Assembly (NCBI RefSeq): GCF_001194135.2
Contig: NC_068981.1
Location: 47,793,445-47,845,339, forward strand
DNA length: 51,895 bases
Reading direction: 5' to 3'
From: Octopus bimaculoides
Taxonomy: Eukaryota
Shown here: piece by piece, positions 12,305 to 25,830 of the stretch
Layout: each line of letters opens with the position of its first letter
Position numbering within the stretch: position 1 is the stretch's first letter
Notes under the pieces: generated by a model
Database searches by the model: none
Seen by the model: only the letters and a program-made list of their open reading frames with translations
What the model was told of the DNA's origin: nothing
Made by a program: the position numbers and the translations under genes

Positions 12305-12490
12305 CGAGACAGTGAGCAGGCAGAATAATTAGCAAAGTGTTTAGTGGCAATTTGTCTGTCTTTATATTCTGAGTTCAAATTTCGTCGAGGTCGAATTTAT
12401 CATTCATTATTTGGAGGTCTCTGGGGGCGATTGAATGAATTTGCTCCTCTCCCAAAAGTACTGGTGTTGCACCAAAACTTGAAAATATTA
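12305..12490 (+). mobile_element. Decayed SINE, second family
   Basis: gttctgagttcaaatttcgtcgaggtcga core is shared with the other copies. Confidence 0.6.
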
Positions 12491-13329
12491 CATCATAAAT
12501 TTTAGCCTAATTCCATATTCGTTGTCCTTTGATTTTTTTTCGTCTTGTTCTTTACGATTTTTAACATCATGAGATCATTATGTTATTACATAATATATGT
12601 GTGTATGTCTGTGTACGTGTTTGTGTGTATATGTACGTGCATGTGTAACTAATAATACAATCATGTTGTTCCATATCTTGTGTGAACTACGTAGTGTCAG
12701 ACCTTATTGTTTTCTGTTTATATATTTCAGCCATGCAAAATATTTCCACATTCATGTTTATCTCACAGAGACATATCTCCCTGCTTTACACCGAACTTGC
12801 TATTTGTTGGTTTCGTCATCATTTCATCTGCTTGTCTTTCTCTCGTTTTCATCTTCATTGTTTTACATGGCTCTCTTCTATTATCTTTTTTCTCACCGTC
12901 ACAGTTCAATTCTGATTTTTTTGCAAATCTCATTTGTTTTCCCTTGATCCAATTTCTCCTTGCTTGTATGATTCCTTTATTTTGAAATCTGACGTGCTAT
13001 TTCTCACTTCACTTTCCCTCTCTCCCTCTCCCTCTCTCCCTCTTTCTCTACGGTATTGGCCTTGTTTAGTAATTACTCTCCAACTACCAACTCTCTTTCC
13101 ATTTAGCGTTATATTTTGTAGTTTCGTCGCTAGGACATTGGAGTTGTTGTCCTATGTAAAATTGTTCACTACTTCGACAGTTTTGCCTTTATCTAATTTA
13201 AATGAGCAAACTTTACGTGTATATATCTTTTTATAATAGTTGTAATGTTACTGTGATCAAAATACACTTAATCAACCAATATGAACTACACTGGAAATAT
13301 TTAAAAAGAACAATTCGATTTTTTAATGT

Positions 13330-15290
13330 TAGGACAGAATACAACAGAAAAAGGAAGAGAACACAGTCTTGTAACAATTGAACCAATAGACAACAAAATT
13401 AGAAATCTATTGAAAGATAATTTAGCGAAAGATGATCAACTTTTAGTAAAAAGGATCAAAATTTACACCTATACCGATAGTTATCTATCAGGAATTAGAA
13501 GAGGTTGTCTATTAGCCATGTCTTAAATTCCGATTGACCTTTTTTTTTCATCGATACAATTCGTGACGTTGAAGAATACCTGATAAGGAGCAACTCAAAT
13601 TTCTCCTCATCAGAGGGTACAAATAATATTCATCTACACTGGAATATTGATATCTTTTCCGATTTATCCCTTAGAATACTAATATCAGGCCAAATATTAC
13701 CGAATGAGGGAAATCAACACTTAACATTCTCGAAAATGACGATTTAAAATTACTCAAGGAAGCGGAAAATGCTTTATATTCATAATGGATGATAAATAGA
13801 ATCAAAATTTAGTTATCAGTTCAAGCATAAAACTGTTTACTCAGCAACACTTATAATAATAAATCGCTACTTTACGTAGATGCTAAATGATATGGTTAGA
13901 TATCTAATTAACACTAAGGAATGTTACTGAATTGTTAATTGTGAGTCCAAATGTATCTACGGCTTAGGAAATTCCTGTAAACCAAAGGAAATAGACAATG
14001 TAGCAAAGATGGAATGCAGAGTGAATACGTAAAATTGCTACACTTAAAGCGTGTAGAACTTTGGTTTATCTTAGCTGCTCCGGAGCATATCCTAACCATT
14101 CCCTAACCATATTTTCATAGCATTTTGAAACCACAATACACCCCTCATACAAAGTTATACTTAGGCTGGTATTAATTTCTTGGCTGGTCTACCTCATCAA
14201 AATTAGTGAATAAGTTGTTGGTTACTTTCGGTGCAGCCAGCTTCTATACAAGAATTCCTGACGATTTAAGAACTTCTGTAATCGAACTCTAGTTGAAAAA
14301 GCTTAAAAATCTTCCAATACTTTCACCATAGAAATTATATTAGACGTTTTCAATCTTATACTTTTGAATAAACATCCTCTTTTCAATGAGAAAAAAAAAC
14401 ATCTTCAGTATAGAGATACGACCATAAGGATCGAGTTTTCTTTAGTACATGCAAACACACCAATGGGATATTTGAAATAGAAAGCCACCAAGTATAAGAG
14501 GATGATTATAACACTGATTTTAGAAAATATGCACTGGTATCATGCAAAAGATGTCTTGATGTTTATTCCTTAATTTGCACAACATATCTAAATATCTTAG
14601 AAGAATTTATGTATATCACCTTCCAACGTGCATATTCGCAAAGAAGTTAAATAATACTAAATTGCTTTTTATCGATACAATATTAATGAGAAGCATTACA
14701 AATGTCACACCAGAAATATATTAAAAAAATACAAATACACATCAGTGCATGAAATTTATATCGTGCCATGGAGAACATACATCAATTAATATCAAGTACT
14801 ATCCTACCAAGAAAATCTATATTGTGCTTGATATTGTAAATTCCCTAGAAAACTCAAGAGATCTTTAATCAAACAAATGATATTTTCCCTACTCGTGATA
14901 GACGTTGTACAAGACTACAATAAACGCTTATAGAACTAAACAAATCAAGCTATGAATGTGGATCAGAAATTTCAAAACATCATACTATACATGTTGAAAC
15001 ACAATTCATGTAATTCACAAATTACTGAGGTCACCAAATGGAGGACAAAATAAACAAAATAAACGATTATATACTGATCGAGCTCTTATTGAAAGTGAAA
15101 GGAAAAAAAAACACCAATGCCAAAATATTCATGATATCCAAATAACATCAGATTTATCATGGATCCTGTTAATTAAAAAAAAAATCGTCGAATTATCAGC
15201 TCCACAAATGAAGAATATGGTTTGGCCCAACAGGAAGCACATTATCCGAATGCACACAGATACATTTTCACTAAACATTGTCTAACTTTA
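13330..15290 (+). mobile_element. Heavily decayed Penelope-like retroelement
   Basis: Fragments FNEKK-HLQYRDTT, HANTPMGYLK and WYHAKDVLMF match Penelope RT motifs (FN..Y.Q..GTAMG, YAN.FMGYLE, W.RYIDD). An EEYG near 15210 may be a GIY-YIG remnant. Confidence 0.45.
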
Positions 15291-15299
15291 TATTTATAT

Positions 15300-15775
15300 A
15301 TATCGCGTCGAGCAATTTCTCGAAGTATCCAAACGTTTGTGCCCAAGATTACCAATCTTCCATAGCAGTCTAGATATCCACAACTTGATATCCTGTGTCT
15401 TTCACAAGTTCATTGATATAAGCAACACTTACGTAGCAGATACCTGTATGTCCAGGCATTGATGTCCAGAAAGGTAAAGCGCTTTCCCCGAGGTATCCTA
15501 AAAGAAATGTTCTTTTCTCACTGCGAAGTTGATGGTAAGAAAACTGTCATAATATCACTGTCTAGCAGAGTGTTGCTACGAAGAAATGTTGAAGACTGCA
15601 AGAAGTATTCTTGTGTATGTACCGTTAAGAGACCTTCGAAGTCTCTCATCATGTGTTCATGCTGAAGATCTATAAATAAATACCAAATCAACATCTCTGT
15701 AACCACTCATCGTGTTGTCAAGGAAGGAGGCAACAACTTAGGGACCCGTGTGCACCCAATGCTATTAAGTAAGTA
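15300..15775 (-). mobile_element. RTE-clade LINE 3' fragment
   Basis: LNGTYTRILLAVFNISS*QH...LYLSGHQC resembles the RTE C-terminal motif GCYTR.LR.ALNISW.QH...FAGHC. Confidence 0.6.
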
Positions 15776-15899
15776 TATAGAAACAACCAATAGGATAATG
15801 ATTTAAATATTTACATTTTATTAATCTAACAACTCAAGTGCGTGTAGCAGATATGTAAAAGAAAACAATTTATTCAGAAGTTCAGACCCACGTTGTATA

Positions 15900-16330
15900 A
15901 ACAATAATACGAAGTATAACGTATATATTGATAACAGTAGTGATCATAATATTAAATTAAATATGCATTAATGTTTACAGTATATAAACCGAGACTATTG
16001 TTTGTAGAATAAAGTTTTACTCAGCAACTGGTTATAGATAAGTCCTTTACCAGAGAACTTGACTGGATGAATTTATTTAAAAATAAGTGATGTCGATGTA
16101 GTCTGTGTTAGAATGTATTAAACCTGCAGTGACAATGCCGCAGGCTAACGCTTAGTTAAAGCATCACACGCTAGCATTACCCTGCTGGAGCATATCGGAA
16201 AGTATTTACAAGAAACATTAGGCTATTCCAATTTGACTTGTCAATTGCGAAGCACATTAGCTGTCTGTCAATGAGACTCGACACTCCGTAAAAGCATAAA
16301 GATAAAAAAAATGTCCAAATATATTGTCAT
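15900..16330 (-). pseudogene. Unit U6: decayed signal peptide + Cys-rich ORF
   Basis: MTIYLDIFFIFMLLRSVES is followed, with stops, by SCKYFPICSSR, YCKH*CIF (cf. LCKHNCL in U9) and YCYQYIR (cf. ICFQY in U1). Confidence 0.35.
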
Positions 16331-17046
16331 GATATATATATATATATATATATNNNNNNNNNNNNNNNNNNNNNNNNNNNNNNNNNNNNNNNNNNNNNNN
16401 NNNNNNNNNNNNNNNNNNNNNNNNNNNNNNNNNNNNNNNNNNNNNNNNNNNNNNNNNNNNNNNNNNNNNNNNNNNNNNNNNNNNNNNNNNNNNNNNNNNN
16501 NNNNNNNNNNNNNNNNNNNNNNNNNNNNNNNNNNNNNNNNNNNNNNNNNNNNNNNNNNNNNNNNNNNNNNNNNNNNNNNNNNNNNNNNNNNNNNNNNNNN
16601 NNNNNNNNNNNNNNNNNNNNNNNNNNNNNNNNNNNNNNNNNNNNNNNNNNNNNNNNNNNNNNNNNNTATATATATAATACAGATGTAAACACGTATACAT
16701 ACATATGCATATTTAAATACACATAGATATACACACACCATTATAAGACTATATAATCACATATTCTCGTCACATAACTTTTGTATATAATGTAATGCAT
16801 TCTGATAATCTGGATTGCATCTGTAGGTGTTCAGGAAACATTTTTAGTTCAGTAATATGTTTCAAATATTTATGTTACTGCTGTCCCATTTTGAAATCGT
16901 AAAATCCTTCAAATCTCTATCATTATAGCATAATCACAGCTTATGTAACTTTAAAAGGCAGAATGCGGCGAATATTTTCTGAAATAAAATATTTTCATAG
17001 ACATGTTACGTTTCTTAGATAATATATATATCGCAGTTAAATGAAT

Positions 17047-17543
17047 ATGAGAACGAAAGATTTATTTCACCATCCTTCGGGCTTGTCATTGCTTAGCTCT
17101 ACGTTCTCACTTGCCACAAGAAAAGTATATGCTCACTTGTAGAAGAAGCACTGAATGATATGTTCACTACTATTGGGATAACCTTGAAGGGCAGGAAAGC
17201 TCAAACTCAATCCAGTAGATACAAAAGTAAATTGTACTTAACCCGAAATCACAACATCCCATTTTCCTGTAATTTGAATCCCAGTTTGCGAGTTAATTCA
17301 ATGCTATTTCAGTTGCATAAACCGAGTTGTTCTCCTGTAGCACGGCAGGTTTTCGCAAAGCCAGAATATGTACAACATATTTATCAAAGTACGAAATACG
17401 GCTGCACAAACGGCTTTGTGGAGTCCAAACCAATAGAAGGCGTCTGTCGTTTTCGTGAATCACTTTTGCAACAATATTGCGTTTGTCATATTAGCCTTTG
17501 TAATAGAGCAAAAACGAAAGTTTTGTTTAGAATCATGAATTAG
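17047..17543 (+). CDS. Unit U7: best-preserved Ly6/uPAR (three-finger)-like Cys-rich ORF; either an intact terminal exon (17097-17543) or a recent pseudogene
   Basis: 148-aa open frame LYVLTCHKKSICSL...FSCNLNP...PSCSP...YQSTKYGCTNGFVESKPIEGVCRFRESLLQQYCVCHISLCNRAKTKVLFRIMN*. C-x-C-x4-C-N is the LU-domain end motif. A signal-like segment upstream is interrupted by TAG 17094 and lacks an in-frame ATG. Confidence 0.6.
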
Positions 17544-17749
17544 GTATAGAACCAATATAATTATAAAATAATGATTTCCTTTTTATATCAGAAAGGATGA
17601 CATTTTTAAAATAATTAAAACGAAATTTTATCTGTCAAATTTCTGTTAATATGTGTATTTGTGTGCACGAGCGCGCGCACACACACGCACACACACATAC
17701 ACACACACACACACACACACATACGCACATGCACACATGTATATGTGAT

Positions 17750-18543
17750 GGCTTTTGACAAGCAGTGTCGATTTTTACAATTCTGCAAATGATAATTTTA
17801 TTTTATATGCTTAAAGCTCGTAAGCGCTCACCGTGAAATGACTAAAGAAAATATACTAATATTGGAACATATTAGCCCTCGGCGGACAAAGTACGGTTTC
17901 CGTACTCATCGGCTCCGAACGACTTTTAATTTGTAACTTACGAAAATATCTTATAACAATAATTAATACACAGAAAACTCTTTCAATTCAAAAAATGGAA
18001 CAGGATTACTATTTTTCTGGAACAAATCTAACATTATTAACACGTATTGACGTAATCCACTAAGAAAATAACACTGATGCGTATATTCCTCTTTTGTTAA
18101 AAACTATACCTGGCAAAACTTTAAGATCAATACTTGGCAGTGATATATACAAGCAAAATTATTCATATCACAACGATGAAAATTGCATGGATTCTTAGGG
18201 TGTATGTCACTATAGTAGACTTTTTTTTATCAAGGTATGAAAATTGAAAAATAGTACCAGGGGTTACTCCCTTGTCAAATCAGAAATATGTTTTAAAATG
18301 CGATTGCAGATAACTGGAGTGATAGCTCCTTTATGAGGAGAGATGTATATTATGCATTGTCTTTAGAACTGGCGCTTAGGCAAAAGAAGAAGCTCCAGAT
18401 TATTTTCAAACACAACTGCCCTTAATTTGTGGAAACGCCATTTGCGAAGAAGCATAAGTATCGGAGATTTGTGGTGACACAAGCAATAAAAAGAAAGACA
18501 GAGAAACACAGACATCGGAAAAAAAAAACCTATTCGACTCTGA
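17750..18543 (-). pseudogene. Unit U8: long decayed Cys-rich unit
   Basis: It has the same 14-nt acceptor as U3 and a hydrophobic segment. QCIIY...ICNRILKHISD resembles U1 CVRILHNRHISE; PCNFHRCDMNNFAC follows; IIICRIVKIDTACQ resembles U4 VCKILDVDTCVE. Confidence 0.45.
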
Positions 18544-19175
18544 CTGTGGTAAAGAAATTTCAGGTTTACGGACAAATATGAAAATCAAACGATTTTCCTT
18601 AACGACAAACAACAAATGAAAAACGTAAATAATAATTGCAACAAATGTACGTATATATGTGTCAGTCACTTAATCATACAACTAATTTTCTGATTCTACA
18701 CATATGGTAGAACTGATTTATCACCTCTTCATTTCTTTTTAACTTACTCCGATGCAACCTGCAAAATACAGAAATACACACTAATAAAGCATAACTATAG
18801 AGATATTATAAAACCTAATTTTCATATATTTTGGTTTGCCTCTCCCCCTCTTATTTATATATTTAGAACGCGGAATACACATTAGTTCATGCCCTAAATT
18901 TTATTTCGCATTTTCTTTGAGATATGTAGCTCAGCTCATATACACAGCTATACGAAAAGAGTCACTTTAATGCAGACTCTAGTTTTACTATATGAATGTA
19001 TGGTCATATACTTGAACGTATTCGTTGTATTGATAAGCTCAACAAAACTGATGATCAAGAAGCGTGTCATTCTTTGAGATGTAGGAAATGATGGAAATAC
19101 ACAAAGCTACAATAATAAGGAAATTCGCGATTTGTCATTCTATGCTGATTTACTTATTTATATTATTTATATCAT

Positions 19176-19720
19176 CATGTTTTTATTTTGCTTCACTTCC
19201 CTTGTAATACAAACTATTTGCCTTTCACAGAATAACCTTCTCATACACAGGAATTCACACGCACATCCCACCACACACGCAAACACACGCATATACACAT
19301 ACACATACACATACACACATCCATATATATATATTATCCACTATCAATATACGATTTGTACAGTCGCAACGAACAATCGGCTGATTGAATTTCATGGTAT
19401 CCGGTCTCGGCGGAATGAATACATTTTTACATGAAAGGCGCATATAACATTAGATGCTTACGGCTTTTATTAATGTTACATTAACTGTCATTAGTGTAAA
19501 ACAGAGATGTGCTATAATGACAAACGTAAACATTGATGACGCATTAAAAGCAATAGGTATGATATTATATACGTTAACACAAACTACAATTTCCGAACTT
19601 GAATAACGGAACAAAAGAGTGTGCTGCAGGCTTTCGTGTAAATTCAACATCAGTGTCTTTCCCTATAAAACTATGCAAACACAACTGCTTGGTAATATAC
19701 ATACTTAAATACATACACAT
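19176..19720 (+). pseudogene. Unit U9: decayed Cys-rich unit truncated by a (TA)n tract and an assembly gap
   Basis: MFLFCFTSLVIQTICLSQ, then CKTEMCYND, then NNGTKECAAGFRVNSTSVSFPIKLCKHNC, which aligns with U7 STKYGCTNGFVESKPIEGVCRF. Confidence 0.45.
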
Positions 19721-20193
19721 ATATATATATATATANNNNNNNNNNNNNNNNNNNNNNNNNNNNNNNNNNNNNNNNNNNNNNNNNNNNNNNNNNNNNNNNN
19801 NNNNNNNNNNNNNNNNNNNNNNNNNNNNNNNNNNNNNNNNNNNNNNNNNNNNNNNNNNNNNNNNNNNNNNNNNNNNNNNNNNNNNNNNNNNNNNNNNNNN
19901 NNNNNNNNNNNNNNNNNNNNNNNNNNNNNNNNNNNNNNNNNNNNNNNNNNNNNNNNNNNNNNNNNNNNNNNNNNNNNNNNNNNNNNNNNNNNNNNNNNNN
20001 NNNNNNNNNNNNNNNNNNNNNNNNNNNNNNNNNNNNNNNNNNNNNNNNNNNNNNNNNNNNNNNNNNNNNNNNNNNNNNNNNNNNNNNNNNNNNNNNNNNN
20101 NNNNNNNNNNNNNNNNNNNNNNNNNNNNNNNNNNNNNNNNNNNNNNNNNNNNNNNNNNNNNNNNNNNNNNATATATATATATATATATATATA

Positions 20194-21470
20194 TATAGGG
20201 GTTGGATAAAATAATGGAAACACCTAGCATCATAGCATCGTAATTTTGAAGTATCTGTAAAACCATCAAAAGCTTGTTTATTTTTATGTTGTTTTTTTTA
20301 TTTATTATTAGTGTTGCTTCATATGTTTTGATAAAATTGCTTTTTCTTTTCAGATATAATCACAAAAAGGTAATTAAAATTCATTCAAATGACAGATCTA
20401 TGGGACATTCAAAGAGGTCAAATTGTTGGTTAACATATGGCAGGCGCTAACGTAATGAAAACAGCCGAGATGTTTGGTGTATCAAGAATTACTGTCTCGA
20501 AAGCAATGACAGCCTTTGAGAACGAGGGAGAAACCCTGTCGTCGAAACAAAACTCCGGAAGAAAACCAAAACATTCAGACGGTGACCGTCGGACACTTAC
20601 GCGAATTGTTAGAAAGGATCAGAAAAGTACAGCTCCCAAAAATAATTTTCTGAGTTTAACAACCACTTCGTGAACCCAGTTTCCACAAAAACTGTTCGCC
20701 GGGAGCTGTACAAAGCCAGATTTCACGGGAGGGCTACAATCAGAAAACCACTAATTTCAAATACAAACGTTACAAAGCGTTTACAGTGGAGTAAAAAACA
20801 TATATAACTGGTTCATAGAGCAGTAGAAGAATGTTATTTTCTCGGACGAGTCATACTTTACCTTATTTTTGACCACCGGCTGAGTCTATGTGTTGAGACA
20901 GCCAACAGAAGTATATGGACTATATTGCCTTCTTCCAACTGTTAACATGCAGGAGGATCTCTAATAAACTGAGGGGCTCTATCTTGGAAATCCGTCGACC
21001 CAATGGTTTCTACTCATGGAAGACTTAATAGTCAAGAGTATTTAAGCATTTAATCTGACCAAATTGAACCTATGGTTGCGGAATTGCTTCTGGAGGGAAA
21101 CGCAATCTTTCAGGATGATAATGCACCGATTCACACAGCTAACGTTGTTACTGAATGTCATGACGAACATTCTAGTGAATTTGAACATGTTTTCTGGACA
21201 TCACAGTCCCCAGATCTCAATATTTTTGAACATTTATGGTGGATTTTAGAAAAACAAGTAAGGAATCTATATCGTCTACTATCATCACTACAAGAACTGG
21301 AGAATATTTTAGCTGAAGAATGGTCAAAACTTCCTTTGGAAACAATTCAAAGTCCGTACGTGTCCATACCCCATAGAATTAAGCAGTAATTACTGCCAAA
21401 GGCGGTCCTACCCCATTTTAAAATAAGTTTGTTTGAAATATTTAGGTTTTTCCATTATGTTGTTCATATA
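20194..21470 (+). mobile_element. Near full-length Tc1-family (DD34E) DNA transposon with a disrupted transposase
   Basis: TIRs ggttggataaaataatggaaacacc / ggtttttccattatgttgttca sit in (TA)n. The transposase has the HTH region (GRKPK), VIFSDES, IFQDDNAPIH and SPDLNIFEHLW, with several stops and frameshifts. Confidence 0.92.
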
Positions 21471-22289
21471 TATATATATATATATATANNNNNNNNNNNN
21501 NNNNNNNNNNNNNNNNNNNNNNNNNNNNNNNNNNNNNNNNNNNNNNNNNNNNNNNNNNNNNNNNNNNNNNNNNNNNNNNNNNNNNNNNNNNNNNNNNNNN
21601 NNNNNNNNNNNNNNNNNNNNNNNNNNNNNNNNNNNNNNNNNNNNNNNNNNNNNNNNNNNNNNNNNNNNNNNNNNNNNNNNNNNNNNNNNNNNNNNNNNNN
21701 NNNNNNNNNNNNNNNNNNNNNNNNNNNNNNNNNNNNNNNNNNNNNNNNNNNNNNNNNNNNNNNNNNNNNNNNNNNNNNNNNNNNNNNNNNNNNNNNNNNN
21801 NNNNNNNNNNNNNNNNNNNNNNNNNNNNNNNNNNNNNNNNNNNNNNNNNNNNNNNNNNNNNNNNNNNNNNNNNNNNNNNNNNNNNNNNNNNNNNNNNNNN
21901 NNNNNNNNNNNNNNNNNNNNNNNNNNNNNNNNNNNNNNNNNNNNNNNNNNNNNNNNNNNNNNNNNNNNNNNNNNNNNNNNNNNNNNNNNNNNNNNNNNNN
22001 NNNNNNNNNNNNNNNNNNNNNNNNNNNNNNNNNNNNNNNNNNNNNNNNNNNNNNNNNNNNNNATATATAAGTGGGCAAGACACAATGGGAAATATACAGA
22101 ATAAAGAATTGTGTATCGGTTTCGACATTAATGTTTTACTTACGTAACACTCATCCGTGTTCTCTTCAGCACAATCGTTCTAGAATCAATATAATTTGCT
22201 GAACTATACAAGAATTATATAGTATTCATAAAATAAGACCTACATACAGTCTACCAATTACATTGGGGTTATTTTTCAAAATGGCTCAC

Positions 22290-22350
22290 CTCTGGCGTGC
22301 CAACGTCCGGAAAGAATTCTGCAGTGAATAATTCACTGCAGTATATGTTG
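22290..22350 (-). other. Candidate isolated 61-nt exon
   Basis: Acceptor tgttcttttgccag and donor gtgagc. Two frames are open, and it contains a perfect 11-bp-arm palindrome at 22319-22341. Confidence 0.35.
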
Positions 22351-22429
22351 CTGGCAAAAGAACATAATTATTTAAATTATTATTTATATATAGAGGGTGA
22401 TAAATTGAATATTAATTCAGTTTAAAAGC

Positions 22430-23870
22430 AAGTGGCCTAGCATATAAAAAATCTAAAAACTCATAAAAGTTCTATTACATGTGTATAAGAAGGGATGACC
22501 ACTAAGTGGACATCCGATATGCTAGAAAGAAAAATGTGCTACGATGGTGATGAGACGCGAAAAGCTTTTCAGAACGGAAGGCATAAGTTTGCAAAGCGGT
22601 GAAATGATGAAGGCAATTCAATCTCAATCCAGGGAATATTCGAAGCAGATGGAGTCAAACACAATGACATGAAGGAAAAGACAAAATGACAGTACGTATG
22701 GTGAGAGAGAAAAATATTGGTTGCAAATCTGAATGCCAGAATCATCATTTCGGCAATAAATTTGCGTGATGTTGGTGTTGTTCGGTATGGCACTGGAATT
22801 CTAAAGTGGACAAAGGAGAAACTGAAGTAGATGGACAGGAAGTTAAGGGAACATCTAACTATGCATAGTGATCATCACCAACGAGTGGAGGAAGGGGACT
22901 GATAAGTTTGGAAGATTACATGCGTATCGAACTGGAAAGCTTAATGATATACTTGTCCCGAACTAAGAAAACCTTGCGAGTGACAGTTAAGAGGGAAGAA
23001 GTACTGAAAGTAGAGTAGAAAGGGAAAAAAAACAAAGGAAGAAGTACAAATACGACATGCAGAAGAATTATGCCACAATATGCTGCACAATAATTTCCAT
23101 GTAATCACAAAAAGAATTTGCTGGCAAATAGTTGGCATTGGCTGAGGGAAAGAACATTAAAAAATGAGACCGAGAGCATTATATCAAGACCATTATACCA
23201 AGAACATGCTCTGGCCAGGAATTGGAGGATCAAGCTTAAGAATAAGCAAGTTCTCCGCGATGCCGCGTCTGCAATAGAGTGGATAAAACAATAGCCCATC
23301 TCATGAACAAATGCCCTAGAATTGCAAAAACCAATAAAAGTTGTGGTGAGACGATCGAGTAGCGAAAGTACTACACTGGAAGCTGTGCGAAAAGTGAGGC
23401 TAGAGAGAGGTGTGACGTGGTATGAGCACAAATCCTAGAGAGAACAGAGTCGGAGACTAAAATCACCCTCTGAGATATCCCAATCCAAACAGTTCAGGTG
23501 CTAGTGCATAACAGACCGGACGAAGTGGCGTGGAGAAGATGCACCTCATAAGCTGTATAGTTGATTTTGCATGTCCCTTTGGCGAAATGATAGATGAATA
23601 CAGTCGTCATAAGTGCGACATTGCTCGGCTATGGAAACTTAAGGTGAAGATAGTGCCACTTATTGTTGGGTTGTTGGGAAAATATCAGAAGGCATAAAGG
23701 GAATATAAAGGGAATTGGAGAAGAGAGTACAGTAGAAATGTTTGGTTCGCACGGCCAGAATAACCAGAAAAAATAGATAGCATGGTACTGTACTCTTCAG
23801 GTAACATGCACGCTACGCATACAAGACTCTAGGAACTGTAACACAACCTCTGATAAACAGAAATAATAAT
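22430..23870 (+). mobile_element. R4/Dong-clade non-LTR retrotransposon, decayed 3' half
   Basis: VVRYGTGILKWTKEKLK*MDRKLR, HNRPDEV and ARLWKLKVKIVPLIVG (RLE-type C-terminus), followed by a trinucleotide tail. Confidence 0.8.
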
Positions 23871-23879
23871 ATTAATGGC

Positions 23880-23990
23880 ATTAACAAAAACAACAATACT
23901 ACTATTACTACTACAACTACTGCTGCTGCTGCTGCTGCTACTACTACTACTACTGCTACTACTGATGATGATGATGATGATGATGATACT
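23880..23990. repeat. Compound trinucleotide microsatellite (AAC/TAC/TGC/TGA)
   Basis: Directly visible. Confidence 0.95.
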
Positions 23991-24479
23991 ATATCCCAGT
24001 AAGTAATAATAATTGAAATTTATCTTTATTTTCCGATTAAACTGAGGTAATTTAAGTGTGTCATTACCGACACGCGCATAACTCGTGAAAACACGCTCGC
24101 CACATTACGATCCAATCAACATCAGACCATCTCCGTCCCCAAACACCATGCAAAAGAAGATTGAAAAATAAATTGAATAATACCGGTATTATTCACCCAA
24201 GGATAATAATCGGGAAGTATGTACTTTAACCTTCCTACACAAAAAGTACGGAAAACTTCACGTGCAAAAGCATCTAACACCAGAAATGAACGGACCGGTG
24301 CCATACGAAAATGATGACCATCAAAATAAAGGGCTGCACGTAATTTCTCATGTCCCGTAAATAAAACCAAATATCATCGACACGTGACGAATATATTTCA
24401 AGCCTACACATTTATTTTCAAGCAGTGCCAAAGAACGAAATCACAACAACATATACATATAGAATCTGGAAGAAAAATA

Positions 24480-25794
24480 ACCTAGATAAAGATTTGGATA
24501 CATCGATGAATCCTAATAAACTAGCTAATAGACGAAGATATATTCTCTAAACAAAATATATATATATCAGAAATAGAAACAGAACACTTAAAAGGAAAAA
24601 ACATATATACGGAAATTGTAGATAGTAAGCACATAGCAATGCCAAATGATATCATTAGCACTGGGACTGTAAAACACGAAGACAGACGTAACATGTCAAA
24701 CAAGTAAACATCGAAAGATAACAAACCCAACCGTAGGAATAAATAACGAATAGGAAAATGCACCAAATCAGAACACTAACGACAAAAACATAAACGGGAC
24801 GGAATTCGAAACAAATCTAAAAGCTGGAATCAGTGAAGGTGAAACTAAAACAACATCAATAATAAATTTCACGAACCTGGCTATCACAGAAGTAATAGGC
24901 ACAGAAACAAATGTCAATATGACCCGGCTAAATGATATAATACATGCAGCAGACGCTGTGGCCGCAAAAGAAGCTGGATACTCCCTCAAACTCATCCAAA
25001 CAGAAGTACTGCAACTAAAACAAAATCTGTGGATAAATACTATCCACAAAAAATAGAAATCAAGAGAAAGGATCTGTCAAACCTTAAGGAAACTAGTATA
25101 CTATCAACACTACTAAACAAAAACAAGAGAAGAAAAATACTACGTAAATACAAAATTAGAGAACAAGGTATACCTCAGGTAAAAGAACAGCTAAAGCAAC
25201 ATATCCTTCCCAAAGCACAAAGAATCCACCAGTATGAGGAATGCCAATGTTTCCTTGAACACAACAAACAGTTTAATATCAACCTTAAAAGATTCTACCA
25301 AGCACTTGGCAAAAATAAAATGGAGTTAAATGCAGCAACAACAGCAGAAGTGGAATAATTTTGGAAAGAAGGAACAACCTCAGAAATGGTCTATCAAAAC
25401 AATTAACGTAGCGGCTGAACAAATTTGGACCACTGTAACAACTGAAGAGGTCACCCAGGCACAGCAAAAACTAAGCAACTGGAAGTCACCCGGGCACGAA
25501 AATATCCCCAACTTCTAGTTAAAATACCTGACAGGAGCCTAAAAAGTGCTCTGAAAGATTTAATGAAATACTAGCAAAGCCACAGAAGATGTCGAAATGG
25601 CTCACAGAAAGGAAAACTATCCTAATTCCCAAAATCCACTGAAACGGCAAACCCACATGATCACAGACCGATAACTTGTCTCCATAGAAACACTAGTTAT
25701 GAACAAGTTATCACCAATAATCTTAAAATATGGCGTAGTGGTTAAGAGCGCGGGCTACTAACACCAAGAATCCGAGTTCGATTCCCAGGAGTGA

Positions 25795-25830
<36 letters not shown>

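Noticed and set aside
12682-13236. Several hydrophobic ORFs
   Set aside because: They come from pyrimidine-rich low-complexity sequence and show no consistent Cys pattern.
13590-13625. Minus-strand CTGATGA followed by a GGAG/CTCC stem as a second hammerhead
   Set aside because: No GAAA follows stem II.
25733-25800. tRNA gene
   Set aside because: It has A and B boxes but no complete cloverleaf and is fused to a repeat body, so it is a SINE head. The same applies to 29188-29245.
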